64,000 nt of DNA, taken from assembly GCA_947478395.1 (NCBI GenBank), contig CANJVR010000002.1:448001-512000 (forward strand). The letters run 5' to 3'. Under the pieces are notes generated by a model that did no database searches, had not been told where the DNA came from, and saw only the letters and a program-made list of their open reading frames with translations. The stretch's first letter is position 1, and the number at the start of each line of letters is the position of its first letter. Shown here one piece after another: positions 19,874 through 28,310 of the stretch. A program made the position numbers and the translations under genes. The stretch comes from Opitutia bacterium (GTDB taxonomy: Bacteria; Verrucomicrobiota; Verrucomicrobiia; Opitutales; Opitutaceae).

Positions 19874-19975
19874 ATGAGCAAATCGGAAATACTCGCCAAA
19901 CTTCCCCGGCTGTCGGCGGAGGAGAGAGCGGAAGTACTCGCGCGGTTTAAGTTTTTCCGTGCCCGTTTTGGGTAG
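19874..19975 (+). pseudogene. Possible truncated addiction-module antitoxin fragment
   Basis: 33-aa ORF MSKSEILAKLPRLSAEERAEVLAR… resembles the N-terminus of putative addiction-module components; its stop is the GTAG of a REP element. Confidence 0.4.
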
Positions 19976-20041
19976 CGGCGGGCGTCTCTGCCGGCCGGGT
20001 TCGGCGTTCTCGCTTCGGCAGGCAGGGACGCCCGCCGCTAC
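19972..20041. repeat. REPIN family B (70 bp)
   Basis: GTAGCGGCGGGCGTCTCTGCC…GGCAGGGACGCCCGCCGCTAC; reverse complement closely matches 63582-63651, spacer included. Confidence 0.85.
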
Positions 20042-20103
20042 GTCGTCACCGGCTACGCTTTGGGTCAAATCACTCTAATTTTAGGTACGCGGGTTCGCCA
20101 TCC

Positions 20104-22719
20104 TTACCGCCACTCATGCCGCGGATAGCGCCGCGAGAGTTCGGCTTTCACCTTCGGATACTGTTCGCGCCAGAAATTTGTCAGGTCGTCGGTGACTTGA
20201 ATCGCGCGGTGATTCGGGGCGAGCACCTCGAACTTCACGGGCACGCGGCCGTGGCCGATCGTGAATTTCCCGTCGACGCCGTAGAGTTCCTGAATGCGCG
20301 CGCTCATGATCGGCGGGCCCTCTTTGTGATACGTGAGCTTCGCTTTGCGGCCGTTCGCCATCGTGAGTTTTTCCGGCAGGTAGTCATCGAGCACCGCGAA
20401 TTGCTCGGCCGTTAACCAATCGCGCAGGACCGGCATCACGGCTTTTTCCTTCACCGCTCGCGCGCTCGTTTCGCCAAAACAGATCTGCTCGATCAACGTC
20501 CCACGGTCAGCGTCGGTCAGCGGATTTACCTCCAGTTCAGGAAACCACTCCGCGAGTCGGTTCACGCGTACGATCCATTGCTCCACCGCTTCGTCCCAAG
20601 CATCCAGCGTGATGCGGCCGGCCAATACTTCCTTGGTTAAAATTGCGGCGGCGGCGTTGAGCGGCACGTCGTCGCTGTTGCCTTTGCTCTCGAGGACGAG
20701 GTCGCGAAAACGCCGCTCCTTGCGCGCGACCACCCGCTTCGCCTGCTCGTCGTAGAGCACGCCTTTCGCTTCGTAGTAATCGTCGGGAAACAATTCCTTC
20801 AACCACGGCTCCTCAATCGCCGTCGCGAGCGTGAGCAGCGTGTTTACCTCGCCATCGCCGCGGCCAATCTCGCTGATCTCCGCCGCCACGAGCAGTTTCG
20901 CTTGCTGAATCGCGCTCTCCCGGGCCAGCACCCCGCGCCGACCGTGTACGAGCTCGACGCGGAGCGTGCCGCCGTCGAGCCGTTTGCCGAGGTGGTCCGA
21001 AAAACCCGCGAGCACGCACTTGCGCACGGCGGTGCCGTCAACGCGCTGCTCGGTCACATCAAGCCCCTCTTTTTTCGCGATGGCCAAAAACTGTTCGAAC
21101 AGCGGTCCGACCTGACGTGCGCCCTGCGCGTGCACGCCGACGCGACGGCAAGCGTCGATCGAGAAATTGTTTTTCTCCGCGAAACGCCACGCCCGCATCA
21201 GCAGGAAGAAATCGCTCTCGTGCTCCTCGCCGAGCAATTCCTCCCGCGCGGTCTCCACTTCCTTCGTCGCGCCGCGCAGCAAAAAACTCCGACCTTGGGT
21301 GAGCGCCGCCATCAATGCGACTGATCGCACGCAACCGCGCTCTTCGGCGGCGATAAACATCCGGGCGTAACGCGGATGGACCGGGAAACGGAGCATCTTG
21401 CGGCCAAGATCGGTGATGCGGAAATTTTCATTTCCTATTTTTGCGGGACGGGTGCCCCCGTCCGCCTCGACGTTAATGCGAGGTGCGGGCACCCCGCCCA
21501 CGCTTCCAATGGCACCGAGATCGGCCAGCAATCGCTCCGCCCGCTCGAGTGCCTTGGCGTCCGGCTTTTCCAGCCACGGAAACCCAAAAATATCGTCGAT
21601 GCCGCTCGCTTTTAGGGTGAGCACAACCTCCGACAAATCGAGGCGCTTCACCTCCGGCAATTCCTGGAGCGGCCGTTGCGCGTGCTCGCGTTCCGTCCAG
21701 AGCCGCACGCAGATGCCCGGCGCGGTGCGACCGGCGCGGCCCGCCCGTTGATCGGCGCTCGCGATGGAAATTTTTTCCACGAGGAGGGTGTTAATGCCGC
21801 GGTTGGCGTCGAAGCGCGCGACCCGAGCGAGCCCGCCATCGATCACCGCGGTGACGCCGTCGATCGTGAGCGAGGTTTCGGCGACGTTCGTCGAAACGAT
21901 GATTTTCCGCGTCTCGTAGCGCGCCACGGCGCGATCCTGCTGATCGGGCGACAGTTCGCCGTGCAGGGGAAACGCCACGAAATCCCGCAGCGCGCGTCCG
22001 CCCTGAATCGCCTGTACCGTGCGGCCGATCTCGTAGGCCCCGGGCATGAACACAAGCATGTCGCCGGTCGTCGTGGCGGCCACGCGCTCACATTCGCGCG
22101 CGGCCACTTCCCAGACGGGCTCCTGCTCGAAGTTCGCGGGCTTCGTCAAATATTCGATGCGCACCGGAAAACTTCTTCCCTGCGAAACGAGCACGTCGCA
22201 CGGCGCGAGATAGGTTTTCAACGCGCCCGCATCGAGCGTGGCGGACATCACGATGATTTTTAGATCGGGCCGCGTGGTCTGCTGGATCTGCACCGCGCGC
22301 GCGAGGGAGATGTCACCGTAGAGGTGCCGCTCGTGAAACTCATCGAACACGAGCGCGTTGATCCCGCGCAATTTCGCGTCGAACGACATCTGCCGCAGGA
22401 GAATTCCCTCCGTCACGAAGCGAATGCGCGTCTGCGCCGACACCTTCGACTCCAGCCGGATTTGATAGCCAACTATGTCGCCGAGCGGAGCGCCGACTTC
22501 TTCGGCCACGCGTTTGGCGAGCATGCGCGCGGCGAGCCGGCGCGGTTGCAACACGACGGCCTCTCCGCCGTCGAGAAATCCGTGGCGCAGGAGCATCTGC
22601 GGGATTTGCGTGGATTTACCCGAGCCGGTTGGCGCCTGCACGATCAACCGTCCCCCGGACCGCAACGCGTCAACGACGGCGGGCTCGAGTTCGTAGATCG
22701 GGAGGGCGGAGGGAGGCAT
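20104..22719 (-). CDS. hrpB: ATP-dependent RNA helicase HrpB
   Basis: APTGSGKST, QPRRLAAR, DEFHER, MSAT, STNVAETSLTI, QRAGRAGR, C-terminal NFWREQYPKVKAELSRRYPRHEW. Confidence 0.95.
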   Translation of the reverse strand: MPPSALPIYELEPAVVDALRSGGRLIVQAPTGSGKSTQIPQMLLRHGFLDGGEAVVLQPRRLAARMLAKRVAEEVGAPLGDIVGYQIRLESKVSAQTRIRFVTEGILLRQMSFDAKLRGINALVFDEFHERHLYGDISLARAVQIQQTTRPDLKIIVMSATLDAGALKTYLAPCDVLVSQGRSFPVRIEYLTKPANFEQEPVWEVAARECERVAATTTGDMLVFMPGAYEIGRTVQAIQGGRALRDFVAFPLHGELSPDQQDRAVARYETRKIIVSTNVAETSLTIDGVTAVIDGGLARVARFDANRGINTLLVEKISIASADQRAGRAGRTAPGICVRLWTEREHAQRPLQELPEVKRLDLSEVVLTLKASGIDDIFGFPWLEKPDAKALERAERLLADLGAIGSVGGVPAPRINVEADGGTRPAKIGNENFRITDLGRKMLRFPVHPRYARMFIAAEERGCVRSVALMAALTQGRSFLLRGATKEVETAREELLGEEHESDFFLLMRAWRFAEKNNFSIDACRRVGVHAQGARQVGPLFEQFLAIAKKEGLDVTEQRVDGTAVRKCVLAGFSDHLGKRLDGGTLRVELVHGRRGVLARESAIQQAKLLVAAEISEIGRGDGEVNTLLTLATAIEEPWLKELFPDDYYEAKGVLYDEQAKRVVARKERRFRDLVLESKGNSDDVPLNAAAAILTKEVLAGRITLDAWDEAVEQWIVRVNRLAEWFPELEVNPLTDADRGTLIEQICFGETSARAVKEKAVMPVLRDWLTAEQFAVLDDYLPEKLTMANGRKAKLTYHKEGPPIMSARIQELYGVDGKFTIGHGRVPVKFEVLAPNHRAIQVTDDLTNFWREQYPKVKAELSRRYPRHEWR
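21443..21501. repeat. REPIN-like palindrome (family C) inserted in-frame in hrpB
   Basis: Reverse complement of 21478-21501 (GTGGGCGGGGTGCCCGCACCTCGC) matches intergenic 6846-6869 at 20/24, first 14 nt identical; opposite arm at 21443-21465. Confidence 0.65.
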
Positions 22720-22743
22720 GGATTGAAAGAGCGAGGCCTGCAG

Positions 22744-22832
22744 GTAGGGCGGCTTATTCCTAAACCGCCGCTGCGACTCGGCCCACGGAGGGCTCGACGC
22801 GAAACCGGCGCGTTCGGAATAACGCGCCGTAC
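22744..22832. repeat. REPIN family A (89 bp)
   Basis: GTAGGGCGGCTTATTCCTAAACCGCCGCTGCGACTCG…CCGGCGCGTTCGGAATAACGCGCCGTAC; same length and organisation as 37687 and 62574. Confidence 0.85.
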
Positions 22833-22848
22833 CTTTTGCAACGCACGC

Positions 22849-23310
22849 TTAGTTCTTCAATTCCACGACGACCTGAATCTCGGTCGTCGAGCCGCGCGGC
22901 AGACCGTTTACGGCGACGGCGGCGCGGGCGTGCTTGCCGGCGTCACCGAAAAGTTTCACGAAGAGATCGCTCGCGCCGTTGATCACCGCGGGACTGTCGG
23001 AGAAACCATCGACGGCGTTCACGTAACCGCTGACGAAGACGATGCGTGCGACCTGATCGAGCGAGCCGGTCGCAGCCTTGATGTTGGCGAGCGTGTTTAG
23101 GGCGCAGATCTCCGCGGCCTTGTTCGCCGTCAGAACCGTCTGCTCCTTTCCGACCTGGCCGAGGTGGGTCATCTGCCCGTTGAACAGGCAGATCGTGCCC
23201 GCGCAATAGAGGAGATTGCCGGTACGGACCGTGGGCACGTAGCTGCCCGCGGCCGCGGGCGGATTGGGCAGAGCGAGACCGAGTTCAGCGAGCTTGGCTT
23301 CTGGAGTCAT
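22849..23310 (-). CDS. RidA/YjgF/YER057c/UK114 family protein
   Basis: PAAAGSYVP, GNLLY, VINGASDL, GKHARAAVAV..LP…EIQ. Confidence 0.9.
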   Translation of the reverse strand: MTPEAKLAELGLALPNPPAAAGSYVPTVRTGNLLYCAGTICLFNGQMTHLGQVGKEQTVLTANKAAEICALNTLANIKAATGSLDQVARIVFVSGYVNAVDGFSDSPAVINGASDLFVKLFGDAGKHARAAVAVNGLPRGSTTEIQVVVELKN

Positions 23311-23370
23311 GGCAGCAGTTCAGTTTGCCGCCGACGCGTGGCAAAGATTTTCGGCGACGCGACCGAAAGT

Positions 23371-24270
23371 TCATCCCAGCGCCAAAATCCGGCGCGCGTT
23401 GCCGCCGAGAATCGCAGATCGCTCTTCGTCGGCCAGAGGCGCCGCGCGCACTTCGGCAAGAAAGCGCCGCATTTCCGGCGCCGTTTCGACCTTGGGGTAA
23501 CCATTGAGCGGAAAGTCCGAACCGAATAATATCCGCGAAGCGCCCACGGCAGCGACCGCCCGCGCCCAAACGCCGGCGTCGTAAAGCAGCGGCGAGGCCG
23601 CCGTGTCGTAATAAACATTATGCAGTCCGTCTGCGTCCGCTTCACTCCGGGGTTTCGCCCACGCCAGACCGCCGCCCCAGTGCGCGAGGATAAAGGTGAC
23701 GCGTGGCCAGGCTCGGGCCAACCGATGAAAGTCGGCGAGCGGCGTTTCAACGCGGCCGGGAAACTTGCCCGTCGCCGGGTCGGTCACGTGCAGGTTCAGC
23801 GCCCAACTCCAGTCGGCCGCCGCGGCCAGGACCTCGCTTAGATCCGGCGAAGCCACGTCGTAGCCCTGCGCGTGCGGCGACAATTCGCCGACCCCGATCA
23901 AGCCGCTGTCGCGCGCTTGCCGCAGCTCTTCCACCGCGCTGGCCCCGCCCGCCGCTGGCTGGACGGAGGCAAACGCGCTCAGCCGGTCCGGGTGCGCGCG
24001 TACGCATTCCGCGTAGAATCGATTCTGCCGGACGCACGATTCCGCCTGGGTCCAATACCAGCCCAAAAGCACCGCGCGGCCGACTGCGGCCTCGTCCATC
24101 TGGCGCAGAAGTTCGTCGACCGAAGGAAAATCCTGCACCGCGCGGCCATCCTTCCGTCGGCGGGTGCAGAGTGTACCCCAGAGTGATTCGCCGTGAGCCG
24201 CCGCCCACCCTGACGGGTCGCGGTTGATCTCGGGTGGATAAAGATGCACGTGGGCATCAATCGTGCTCAT
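23371..24270 (-). CDS. Amidohydrolase family protein (Amidohydro_2)
   Basis: IDAHVH, GVGEL, LHV, ILAHWGGG, YYDTAA, ILFGSDFP, GGNARR. Confidence 0.88.
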   Translation of the reverse strand: MSTIDAHVHLYPPEINRDPSGWAAAHGESLWGTLCTRRRKDGRAVQDFPSVDELLRQMDEAAVGRAVLLGWYWTQAESCVRQNRFYAECVRAHPDRLSAFASVQPAAGGASAVEELRQARDSGLIGVGELSPHAQGYDVASPDLSEVLAAAADWSWALNLHVTDPATGKFPGRVETPLADFHRLARAWPRVTFILAHWGGGLAWAKPRSEADADGLHNVYYDTAASPLLYDAGVWARAVAAVGASRILFGSDFPLNGYPKVETAPEMRRFLAEVRAAPLADEERSAILGGNARRILALG

Positions 24271-24282
24271 GGCGTAATTAGG

Positions 24283-24375
24283 CTCGTTCTCGACCTCGTA
24301 CTCAGGCTCGTTCTCTTTCGCGGCCGGCGGACATTCCGGCAAAGAGAACGAGAACCACTGCGAGAACGAGAACGA
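24283..24375. repeat. (CTCGTT)n/(GAGAAC)n palindromic repeat
   Basis: CTCGTTCTCTTT (24307-18) pairs perfectly with AAAGAGAACGAG (24341-52); CTCGTTCTCG (24283-92) with CGAGAACGAG (24361-70); inner GCCGG/CCGGC. Confidence 0.75.
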
Positions 24376-24386
24376 TTTTAACCTCC

Positions 24387-25712
24387 ATGCTCAACCGCCT
24401 CTTCAAACTCAATCAGCATCACACCACCGTCGGCCGGGAAATGCAGGCCGGCCTCACGACGTTCACCGCGATGGCCTACATCCTCGCGGTCAATCCACTG
24501 ATCCTAAAGGACGCAGGCATGCCACTGCCGGCGGTCGTGACGGTGACCGCGCTCACTGCCGCCTTCAGCACGATCATCATGGCGCTGATGACCAACTTCC
24601 CGCTCGCCCTCGCCCCGGGCATGGGAATCAACGCTTACTTCACCTACACCGTCTGTCTGGGGGCGGGCGTGCCATGGCAGTCCGCGCTCGGACTCGTCTT
24701 CGTGAACGGCGTGGCTTTCCTGCTGCTCTCGCTCACCGGCGTGCGCGAGAAAATCGTCAACTCGATCCCCTACTCGCTCAAAATCGCGATCACCTGTGGC
24801 GTTGGACTTTTCATCGCGTTTATCGGATTGAAAAACGCCGGCATCGTTGTCGCCAACAAGGCCACGTTCGTGGCGCAGGGTGACTTCGGCTCCCCCGCGG
24901 TAGCCCTCGCCTTCTTCGGCATCGTGCTGACCGCCGTGCTTGTCGCGCGCCGCGTGCCGGGTGCGATCGTGCTGTCGATCGCGATCATCACCGCGATCGG
25001 TTTCATCGTGCCCGACGGCAAAGGCGGCCACGTCACCGCGTTTCCCACGGGAATCTTCTCCCTGCCCGCTTCACCTGAACCGGTGATGTTCAAGCTCAAC
25101 TTCGACTTCTTGATCCATAATTTCGCGAAGGCGCTGCCGATCATGCTCACGCTGCTGATCGTCGATATGTTCGACAACATCGGTACGCTCATCGGCGTGA
25201 CGAAGCGCGCTGGTCTCCTCCAGCCCGACGGCACGCTGCCCAAAGTCGGCCGGGCGCTGGTGAGCGATTCGCTCGCCGCAATCATGAGCTCGCTCCTCGG
25301 TACATCCACCGTCGTCAGCTACATCGAGTCTGCCGCGGGCGTCGAAGCCGGGGGACGAACCGGCCTCACGGCCATCACCACCGCCGTCTGCTTTCTTTTG
25401 GCGCTCTTCCTGACGCCGTTGATTCTGATCATACCTAGCGCGGCCACCGCGCCTGCGCTGGTGGTCGTCGGAATATTCATGTTTCAGGCCGTCGCTGAAA
25501 TTAAACTCGACGATTTTGCCGAGACGATGCCCGCGGTCGTAACGCTGCTCTGCATTCCGCTTACATTCAGCATCGCCGAAGGTTTGGGACTCGGCGTCAT
25601 CGCGCTCTCCTGCCTGGCCCTGGCAACCGGCCGGGCCCGCAGCGTTCCGACGTTCACCTACGTCCTCGCCGCGTTATTCTTCGTTCATATTTTTCACGGC
25701 CTCTTTGTTTGA
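24387..25712 (+). CDS. NCS2 family AzgA/PbuG-like purine permease
   Basis: AGLTTFTAMAYI, LAPGMGINAYF, GVGLFIAFIG, DMFDNIGTL, YIESAAGVEAGGRTGL, FSIAEG. Confidence 0.92.
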   Translation: MLNRLFKLNQHHTTVGREMQAGLTTFTAMAYILAVNPLILKDAGMPLPAVVTVTALTAAFSTIIMALMTNFPLALAPGMGINAYFTYTVCLGAGVPWQSALGLVFVNGVAFLLLSLTGVREKIVNSIPYSLKIAITCGVGLFIAFIGLKNAGIVVANKATFVAQGDFGSPAVALAFFGIVLTAVLVARRVPGAIVLSIAIITAIGFIVPDGKGGHVTAFPTGIFSLPASPEPVMFKLNFDFLIHNFAKALPIMLTLLIVDMFDNIGTLIGVTKRAGLLQPDGTLPKVGRALVSDSLAAIMSSLLGTSTVVSYIESAAGVEAGGRTGLTAITTAVCFLLALFLTPLILIIPSAATAPALVVVGIFMFQAVAEIKLDDFAETMPAVVTLLCIPLTFSIAEGLGLGVIALSCLALATGRARSVPTFTYVLAALFFVHIFHGLFV

Positions 25713-25762
25713 GCCGCGGCGCCCCGCATAAAGAGCGCGGTTGCGCCAACCTACTCAATTAC

Positions 25763-25794
25763 GCCGTAGCGGCAGCGACGCCTGCCGCTACGGC
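25763..25794. terminator. Perfect hairpin from collapsed REP family B between convergent genes
   Basis: GCCGTAGCGGCAG-CGACGC-CTGCCGCTACGGC (13-bp stem); arms match the REP-B ends. Confidence 0.6.
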
Positions 25795-25811
25795 AAATGC
25801 CACGGAAGAAC

Positions 25812-27152
25812 TCAAACTTCCTTGGCAGGCCACAGGAGATTTAACAGCAACGCGGTGAGTCCGCCGGCCGAAATGCCCGACTCCAGCAGCGAGTGCAGCA
25901 GCGACGGCAAACTCTCGAGCAAAGCCGGCTGCGTCGGCAAGCCGAGTCCGACGCCGAGCGACAGCGCCACGATCACGCCTTCGCGCTGGCCAAATCCCGC
26001 GCTCAGCAGCAACCGAATCCCCGCGACCGCGACCAGGCCAAACATCATCAGCGCCAAACCGCCTAACACCGATGGTGGTAGCACCGTCACCCAGCGACCC
26101 ACCGCGGGAAAAAGTCCGAGGAGTGCCAGCATCGCCGCCATGACGTAGCCGACGCGTCGGCTCGCGACGCCGGTGATCTGGATCACGCCGTTATTCTGCG
26201 CGTAGGTCGCGCTGGGAAACCCTCCGAATAACGCAGACGCGGTGCTCGTAATACCGTCGGCCAGTACGCCACCCGACAGTCGCCGCCAATGCGCCGGACC
26301 CGCGGTGGCGAGCCCTGACAATTGCGACGTGGCGGCGATGTCGCCCATCGCTTCAAGCAGCGAAACCAGATAAATAAACACGAAGGGCGGGACAAATTTC
26401 CAGTCAAAGGCGAAGCCGTGCGGCAGCAGGCGCGGCCGGGTGATCCACTCCCCCGCTCCCATCTCCGGCGCATGCAATCCGCCGAGGAAACCGCAGAGCG
26501 CGCATCCCGCCAACACGCCGCACGCTGCGCCGGCAATCCGCGCCCACGCGCGACCGGTCGCCTGCGCGACAACAATCACCGCGATCACGAGCGCGCCCAC
26601 GACGAGTCCCCACCAGAGTGGCGCGCCAGACCGCACCGGCGCAGCCAGACCAAAAAATGCCGTCGGGATCAGCGACGTTCCAATCAGCAAGACCACGACG
26701 CCCGACACCAACGGCGTGAAGACCGTGCGGAGCTTCGACACGAAGGGCGCGAGCAAAATCAAAAGCGGCGCCGTGAGGCACGACAGACCCAACATCAACG
26801 CCAGTCCTCCGGCCTGTCCCGCGGCCGTCAACGGTTGCAGAAACGCGAAGCTCGTTCCCGTCACGCTCAACAGGCCTGAGCCGACCGGCCCCCGTTGTTT
26901 GCATTGCAGCCAGGTACCGAAAGCCGAAGCCAGCAGCGCGATGCTGATCAAATAGGCGGTGTCGGCCTGCGGCAGTTTGAGAATGCTTGCGAGAATCAGC
27001 GGCGGCGTGATCGTGCCGACGACCATCGCGGAAACGTGCTGCGCGCCGACCAACACGGAGGTGCCTAATGGCATTCGATCCTCGAGACCGTAAACGACGC
27101 CGGCCGGATTTCCGTTAGTCGGAACCGATGCGGGCGGGGGTAATATTTCCAT
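25812..27152 (-). CDS. Nucleobase:cation symporter-2 (xanthine/uracil permease, XanP/PbuX-like)
   Basis: GAQH, GTSFAF, EAMGD, NAT signature YAQNNGVIQITGVASRRVG, PSVLGG. Confidence 0.92.
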   Translation of the reverse strand: MEILPPPASVPTNGNPAGVVYGLEDRMPLGTSVLVGAQHVSAMVVGTITPPLILASILKLPQADTAYLISIALLASAFGTWLQCKQRGPVGSGLLSVTGTSFAFLQPLTAAGQAGGLALMLGLSCLTAPLLILLAPFVSKLRTVFTPLVSGVVVLLIGTSLIPTAFFGLAAPVRSGAPLWWGLVVGALVIAVIVVAQATGRAWARIAGAACGVLAGCALCGFLGGLHAPEMGAGEWITRPRLLPHGFAFDWKFVPPFVFIYLVSLLEAMGDIAATSQLSGLATAGPAHWRRLSGGVLADGITSTASALFGGFPSATYAQNNGVIQITGVASRRVGYVMAAMLALLGLFPAVGRWVTVLPPSVLGGLALMMFGLVAVAGIRLLLSAGFGQREGVIVALSLGVGLGLPTQPALLESLPSLLHSLLESGISAGGLTALLLNLLWPAKEV

Positions 27153-27166
27153 CGTGCGAATCGTTT

Positions 27167-27182
27167 AGCACGTCTCAGGCCA
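27167..27182 (-). promoter_or_regulatory. Candidate sigma-54 (-24/-12) promoter of the xanthine permease
   Basis: Minus strand TGGCCTGAGACGTGCT (GG-N10-GC), 14 nt upstream of the ATG. Confidence 0.4.
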
Positions 27183-27287
27183 CGGGGTCGTCTGGTTTGC
27201 GGCCAAGGTGGAATGGGCGTGAGCCATCTGCTGATGGCACTCGCGAAATCGCATTACCCGCCCCGCGGCGTACTCTCTAAAATCAAA

Positions 27288-28310
27288 TTAGGGCCCCTCG
27301 GTCGGCGGGCCGTAAACTTTCGCCAGCTCAAGCATCAGCTTTTCGAGTTCGGCGTAGTAGGCGGGCTCGGAAAGCTTGGCTTTCTTTTCGCGGAGCGCCT
27401 CGATGCTCAGCTCAAGTTCGTCGCGCCGCGCCCGCTGCTCGACCGAGAGCTTTTGCTCGGCCGGGCTGCGGATCAGATGGAATTGTTTGGCGCGCAGTCC
27501 GTCGAGCGCACCGCCATCTTTCGCCTTCTTGGTCGCGCGGGTCCCGCGAAACCAATCAGAAGGCGTGCCGAGGCCGTCGCTATTGTCGTCAATCAACGCA
27601 TGCTCCGTGGAGAGCCGACCCTCCGTCTTGTAGAATTCTAGCACGCGGGTCGACGCGCTCAAAAAGGCTTCGAGCAATGAGGTCTGGCCATCCTGGTCGA
27701 GATCGCTTTTCGGATCGAGCATCGCCGCCGCGAAGTATTGCCCGAAACGCGCGTAGTTCTGTTCGTAGCCACTGCGCGTGGCACTCACGATCACCCGGTT
27801 TTTGCCGGTGAGTTTCGCGATGAACGGAGCGCTGCCGGACGAAGTGTCAACGATGGCCATCGGCCGGTTAAAGGGCTTCAACCACAGGGCGAGGTCGACC
27901 GCCGTAAGGTCTGGCCCACGTAGGTTGAACTTCGCGTCGCGCCCGTCGAACGTGCCGTGCCCGATCAGCACCACCCACAGCTCGCTCGCACCGTCTTTCG
28001 CTTCGGTTTCAAGCGCCTGCTTGACCCGTTCGAGATCGCTCGGGCCGGTGGCGGCTTCCTCCCCGATTCCAATCGTCACGCGCTTGGCGCCGGCGAGCTG
28101 ACAGGTCTTCTCCCAGAGTTTCGCCTGATTCGTGAAATTAGTCCCAAATTCCGATTCCCCGCCGGCACCCACGACGACGATGACCGTCGTTTGGTCGTTG
28201 AGCGGTGATTCTGCCGCGACTGCCACGGTCGGAAAAAATTCGAGAGCGAGACCAGCGATCGCACCCATCAAAAAGCCCCGCAGGCAGGGCGCGTAAGATA
28301 TCTTGCTCAT
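27288..28310 (-). CDS. Secreted hypothetical protein with a caspase/clan-CD-like core, last gene of the MoxR operon
   Basis: Signal-like N-terminus; VIVVVGAGG, LWVVLIGHG, IVDTSSGS, VIVSAT; ATGA overlap with the upstream gene. Confidence 0.7.
   Translation of the reverse strand: MSKISYAPCLRGFLMGAIAGLALEFFPTVAVAAESPLNDQTTVIVVVGAGGESEFGTNFTNQAKLWEKTCQLAGAKRVTIGIGEEAATGPSDLERVKQALETEAKDGASELWVVLIGHGTFDGRDAKFNLRGPDLTAVDLALWLKPFNRPMAIVDTSSGSAPFIAKLTGKNRVIVSATRSGYEQNYARFGQYFAAAMLDPKSDLDQDGQTSLLEAFLSASTRVLEFYKTEGRLSTEHALIDDNSDGLGTPSDWFRGTRATKKAKDGGALDGLRAKQFHLIRSPAEQKLSVEQRARRDELELSIEALREKKAKLSEPAYYAELEKLMLELAKVYGPPTEGP

Noticed and set aside
12025..20103. R-M region as an integrative mobile element
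   Set aside because: No integrase, transposase, tRNA target or flanking direct repeat visible; treated as a defence cassette only.
24283..24375. GAGAAC repeats as a possible mini-CRISPR
   Set aside because: Hexamer units in inverted arrangement, no spacers and no cas genes.
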